A DNA stretch of 64,000 nucleotides, from assembly GCA_036172245.1 (NCBI GenBank), contig JAYWIR010000097.1, positions 1 through 64,000 of the forward strand, given 5' to 3'. Position 1 is the first letter of the stretch; every line of letters starts with the position of its first letter. Made by a program: the position numbers and the translations under genes. The notes beneath the pieces were generated by a model. It worked only from the letters and a program-made list of their open reading frames with translations, had not been told where the DNA came from and made no database searches. The DNA is from Raillietiella orientalis. Its lineage: Eukaryota. Positions 62,101-64,000 of this stretch are shown one piece after another.

Positions 62101-62277
62101 ACGCTTGAAAACACGTAAACACCAGAGAAACTGATACATACTTCCTTTGTACCATAGAGAGTGCCACTTCATCCAGAGAGTGATACAGTGTTTCTGGATA
62201 TGTCTTTCCTCCATCTATGGTGTCTTTTATGATGTGGAGTATTTTCAGTAAATCTTCGTTTGTATCAGCCACTCCAA
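44130..62277 (-). CDS. Large multi-exon gene(s), probably hemicentin-N/VWA7-like domains + Ig-like domain; structure incomplete
   Basis: Spliceable exons include 62142-62277 GVADTNEDLLKILHIIKDTIDGGKTYPETLYHSLDEVAL (recalls the VWA GGGDCPE..AL segment) and ~61745-61880 GDILISSNAPFHDWENY. Also 53269-53569 SPVTGKHTVTV...FQVRGFGGLEIDGGFGHSP, 50720-50901, 49442-49517 VRGVTAGGTPFIRQ and 47498-47625 (Ig-like YYCKVENDQG). The family assignment comes from motif recall only. Some candidate exons contain stops. Confidence 0.4.
47498..47625 (-). CDS. Exon encoding the C-terminal half of an Ig-like domain
   Basis: AG/GTAAGC-bounded; reads AEESPLYLRISGRLTDLSNKTYYCKVENDQGYKEMSREFTLK (LxI...YxCxVxNxxG Ig signature). 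Confidence 0.6.
53890..54400. other. Strongly AT-rich insert, candidate decayed mitochondrial fragment (NUMT)
   Basis: Abrupt AT-rich block followed by a G-poor, A/C-rich skewed segment, unlike the flanks. Weak nad1-end-like and nad2-like peptides appear in the mitochondrial code (see findings). Confidence 0.35.
57562..57603. repeat. Perfect 14-bp inverted repeat (hairpin)
   Basis: AACAGACTAACAAA (57562-57575) and TTTGTTAGTCTGTT (57590-57603), with a 14-nt spacer containing TGGA..TCCA. Confidence 0.85.
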
Positions 62278-64000
62278 CTAAAAACAAAACGCAAGTTTGC
62301 ACTCTTGAATGACTATTGGCTTAGCCGTCTGCTCATACATATGTTGAAGATTGGCAAAACTAAAGCGTTCCCAGGTTGAAAAAAAACCTCGTTCAAAATG
62401 GGAAGAAGGATTCCTTCGGAAGAGGCAGAGTTCCGAAATGATACTCACCTGAATTAATATAGATTTCTAGCAAATGGGAAACAGATTTCAGACATTACTG
62501 TGCCACGAGACATTTTCTATTCGCCATAAATCTTTGGTAAGCATGATTTTGCAGGCCTGGTATTCTCTAAAGAAACCTTTTTCATTCTTACAGGCGATTC
62601 CATTCATGTTAGCTGGAATTTTTTCTCTGTCTGAGAAATGCTTCGACGCCCTCCACCGAGAAACAACAGATATTGTCTAGACTCTCGCCTATCCCAGGGA
62701 TATGCTCACGAAGTTTGAGGAATTTTCCTCTGAGAATTTCAAATGCAGTTGAACTTCAGGTTCTGATTGCAATGAAAACTGCGTTTAAGAAACGTCTTGC
62801 AATGAGATTCGATTCGATCTTGAACTCAAACCAAAATTTTCCAAAGCTAGTAATCTCCAGTTTTTCGGTGACTCCGTTGCTGCCAATCTTCTGTATAAGA
62901 CCGAGGAAATGAATTTTTCATGTGGAAGCAAGTCCGGAGAATGTATCGCCATTTTGCTTTCGTCTTTCCACCTCTAGGTTTCACCAGCTCTCAGGATATT
63001 CGAAAATCCGCAGCAGCAGCTTATTGCTTGTTGGATCAGCAATGGATCGTTTCCAATAGATTTACTGATAAAACTGAAACAGCAACCTGAAAGCAACTTT
63101 TGATATAACTGAAACAGCAATCAAAAAGCTGCTTCCATAAGGTATCGTGCAAAACGTACATCTTGCCGATTGCAAGGGTGCCCTGCTGAGTTCGTCTTCT
63201 GTGATGCAAACTGTACGGAGGTATGCCAAACCCCGTACTTTACTGGAGGAAGATACGACGTTTCTGGTCTCGTCCGCAATTTTCCTCATTACCATCGATT
63301 TCGAATTCCTTTCGAGACTTGAATAGTGAGGAACCCGAGAGTTGAGTGCCAGTGTACAATTTGAGTTGAATACGATTTCCTGCCTTGATTTTGTCTGCCA
63401 TCCGTTGCGCGAGGCTGAAAAATTCACTTGCAATTCATGGTTGATTCTTCGTCCTTGCAAGATGCAATTACGTGGGCAGTAGACTTTTCACAAATGGGGT
63501 ATTCTTGAATGCCTCTCTTATGATTGGAGCTGCCCCTACGATTTGCAATGAGCTCGAATTCCAAGTAATGCCTACGACTTTGCAAATGCCGTCATGATTG
63601 ATATAAAAAAAAAAATTAGATCCCATAACCACTTGTGGATGTCGCAGTGTTTGCTTTCGCATCGGTCATGTTTCCAAGAAAGTAGAGGGAATGGCATGTC
63701 TAAGCAGTTATTTATTTACATGCCTGCTGCCTCTCAAGCACATTGATGATCAGGCTTTGCAGATTCGGATTCACGCAAAGCCTAAAGAAAACAGACGAGA
63801 GATAACCCTCATGTCTAAGGATTACATGTTTAATTCCAGAAATGATCGGCAACACTGATTCTACAAAAAAGGTGGCACCTGTGACTTTTATGAAATGTGA
63901 CTGCTGATATACGTCGTTTTGTTTGAAAAACGTCGAAATCGGCAGCTGCAATCCATTCCTAGGCTGGAATGGGGATGGAATGGTGGGTGGTTGAATACGA

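Noticed and set aside
63190..63245. GLAYLRTVC, reminiscent of reprolysin/ADAM metalloprotease
   Set aside because: No HExxH motif or supporting exons found.
1..64000. CRISPR arrays, rRNA, tRNA, spliced-leader RNA genes, prokaryotic operons
   Set aside because: None recognised by eye; the window is intron-containing eukaryotic DNA. A covariance-model search would be needed to exclude divergent small RNA genes.

Overview
Eukaryotic genomic DNA with short GT-AG introns; a nematode origin (possibly clade I, Trichuris-like) is my inference and is not proven. All exon boundaries were read by eye. (1) 1-15.7 kb is a graveyard of decayed non-LTR retrotransposons: three same-strand RT + restriction-like-endonuclease (NeSL/Utopia/R2-type) copies, two L1/Tx1-like copies in inverted orientation, and smaller LINE fragments. 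(2) 17.4-41.5 kb on the minus strand is an array of at least 38 small, symmetric (phase 1-1) exons. Each encodes one highly divergent cysteine module (usually C-x8-C-x-C-x5-C-x3-5-C-x4-C), and the array ends in one EGF exon and one transmembrane exon. Decayed module copies are interspersed. This is a candidate combinatorial or variable surface-protein locus. (3) Inside that array, at about 20.1-22.15 kb, is a near-complete endogenous CRESS-DNA (circular ssDNA) virus genome: Arg-rich capsid (-), intact origin hairpin with CAGTATTAC, and HUH-SF3 Rep (+), with both genes disrupted. (4) 44-62.3 kb holds scattered minus-strand exons of a probable hemicentin-N/VWA7-like, Ig-containing gene, plus an AT-rich insert that may be a decayed mitochondrial fragment.
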